A DNA stretch of 33,048 nt from Chiloscyllium plagiosum (taxonomy: Eukaryota). The stretch covers positions 9,724,336 to 9,757,383 of the forward strand of contig NC_057756.1 of NCBI RefSeq assembly GCF_004010195.1. Direction: 5' to 3'. This document shows positions 32,163-33,048 of this stretch, in pieces (position 1 is the stretch's first letter; the number at the start of each line of letters is the position of its first letter). A model generated the notes under the pieces. It ran no database searches. It worked only from the letters and a program-made list of their open reading frames with translations, and was not told the origin of the DNA. A program made the translations under genes and the position numbers.

Positions 32163-32548
32163 ACTTGGTTAGGCCACTGTTGGAATATTGCGTGCAGTTC
32201 TGGTCTCCCTGCTACATGAAGGATGTTGTGAAACTTGAAAGGGTTCAGAAAAGATTTACAAGGATGTTGCCAGGGTTGGAGGGTCTGAGTTACAGGGAGA
32301 GGCTGAACAGGCTGGGGCTGTTTTCCCTGGAGCATCGGAGGCTGAGGGGTGACCTTATAGAGGTTTATAAAATAATGAGGGGCATGGAATAGGGTAAATA
32401 GGCAAAGTCTTTTCCCTGGGTTGGTGGAGTCCAGAACTAGAGGGCATAGGTTTAGGGTGAGAGGGGAAAGATATAAAAGGGACCTAAGGGTCAACATTTT
32501 CACTCATATGTGGATGGAATGAGCTGCCAGAGGAAGTGGTGGAGGCTG
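32163..32548 (+). mobile_element. HER1/CR1-like LINE fragment
   Basis: LVRPLLEYCVQFWSPCYMKDVVKLERVQKRFTRMLPGLEGLSYRERLNRLGLFSLE. Confidence 0.9.
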
Positions 32549-32680
32549 TTTATTTTATATAATTTATCTTCAGCGATGTTTGTTTTCATATAGTTACCGA
32601 ATATCAGGAGACCATCCTGTGGCAAGATAGTCCTCCGCTCTGAGATATTAGCAAGACATAGCAGTGGGGCAGTGACCTCA

Positions 32681-33048
32681 CCCTGTCCCGGGAGGGTTTG
32701 ATGGGGGTCAGTGAAGCGAGAGCTTTACTCTGTATCTGACCCCGTGCTGTCCCTGTCCTGGGAGTGTTTGATGGGGGACAGTGTAGAGGGAGCTTTACTC
32801 TGTATCTAACCCCGTGCTGTCCCTGTCCTGGGAGTGTTTGATGGGGGACAGTGTAGAGGGAGCTTTACTCTGTATCTCACCCTGTGCTGTCCCTGTCCTG
32901 GGAGTGTTTGAAGGGGGACAGTGTAGAGGGAGGTTTACTCTGTATCTAACCCCATGCTGTCGCTGTCCTGGGGGTGTTTGATGGGGGACAGTGTAGAGGG
33001 AGCTTTACTCTGTATCTAACCCCGTGCTGTCCATGTCCTGGGTGTGTT
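32681..33048 (-). repeat. 70-bp satellite in inverted orientation, running off the window
   Basis: Reverse complement of the 22122-24312 unit, about 5 copies. Confidence 0.95.

Overview
Repeat-dense eukaryotic DNA, almost certainly from a cartilaginous fish (shark): HE1/V-SINE-like and HER1/CR1-like repeats are everywhere, and there are four N gaps. From left to right: a decayed Gmr1-type Gypsy LTR retrotransposon with integrase placed before RT and a SCAN-like gag (~677-7055); three tRNA-Thr(TGT) copies with homologous flanks; a Penelope-like GIY-YIG endonuclease remnant; many short Penelope-terminus insertions carrying minimal hammerhead-ribozyme cores; a 53-bp satellite derived from the inside of a SINE; and a 70-bp satellite. 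The only host protein-coding content is two tandem minus-strand CXCR3-like chemokine receptor coding exons (20355-21404, 26103-27161). They are a sharp mosaic: near-identical over TM3-TM4 and from TM6 through the 3' flank, but divergent over the N-terminus, TM1-2, ECL2 and TM5. Both start at a phase-0 splice acceptor. The downstream copy has no evident first exon or promoter of its own, so the two may be alternative last exons of a single gene. All calls were made by eye; no searches were run.
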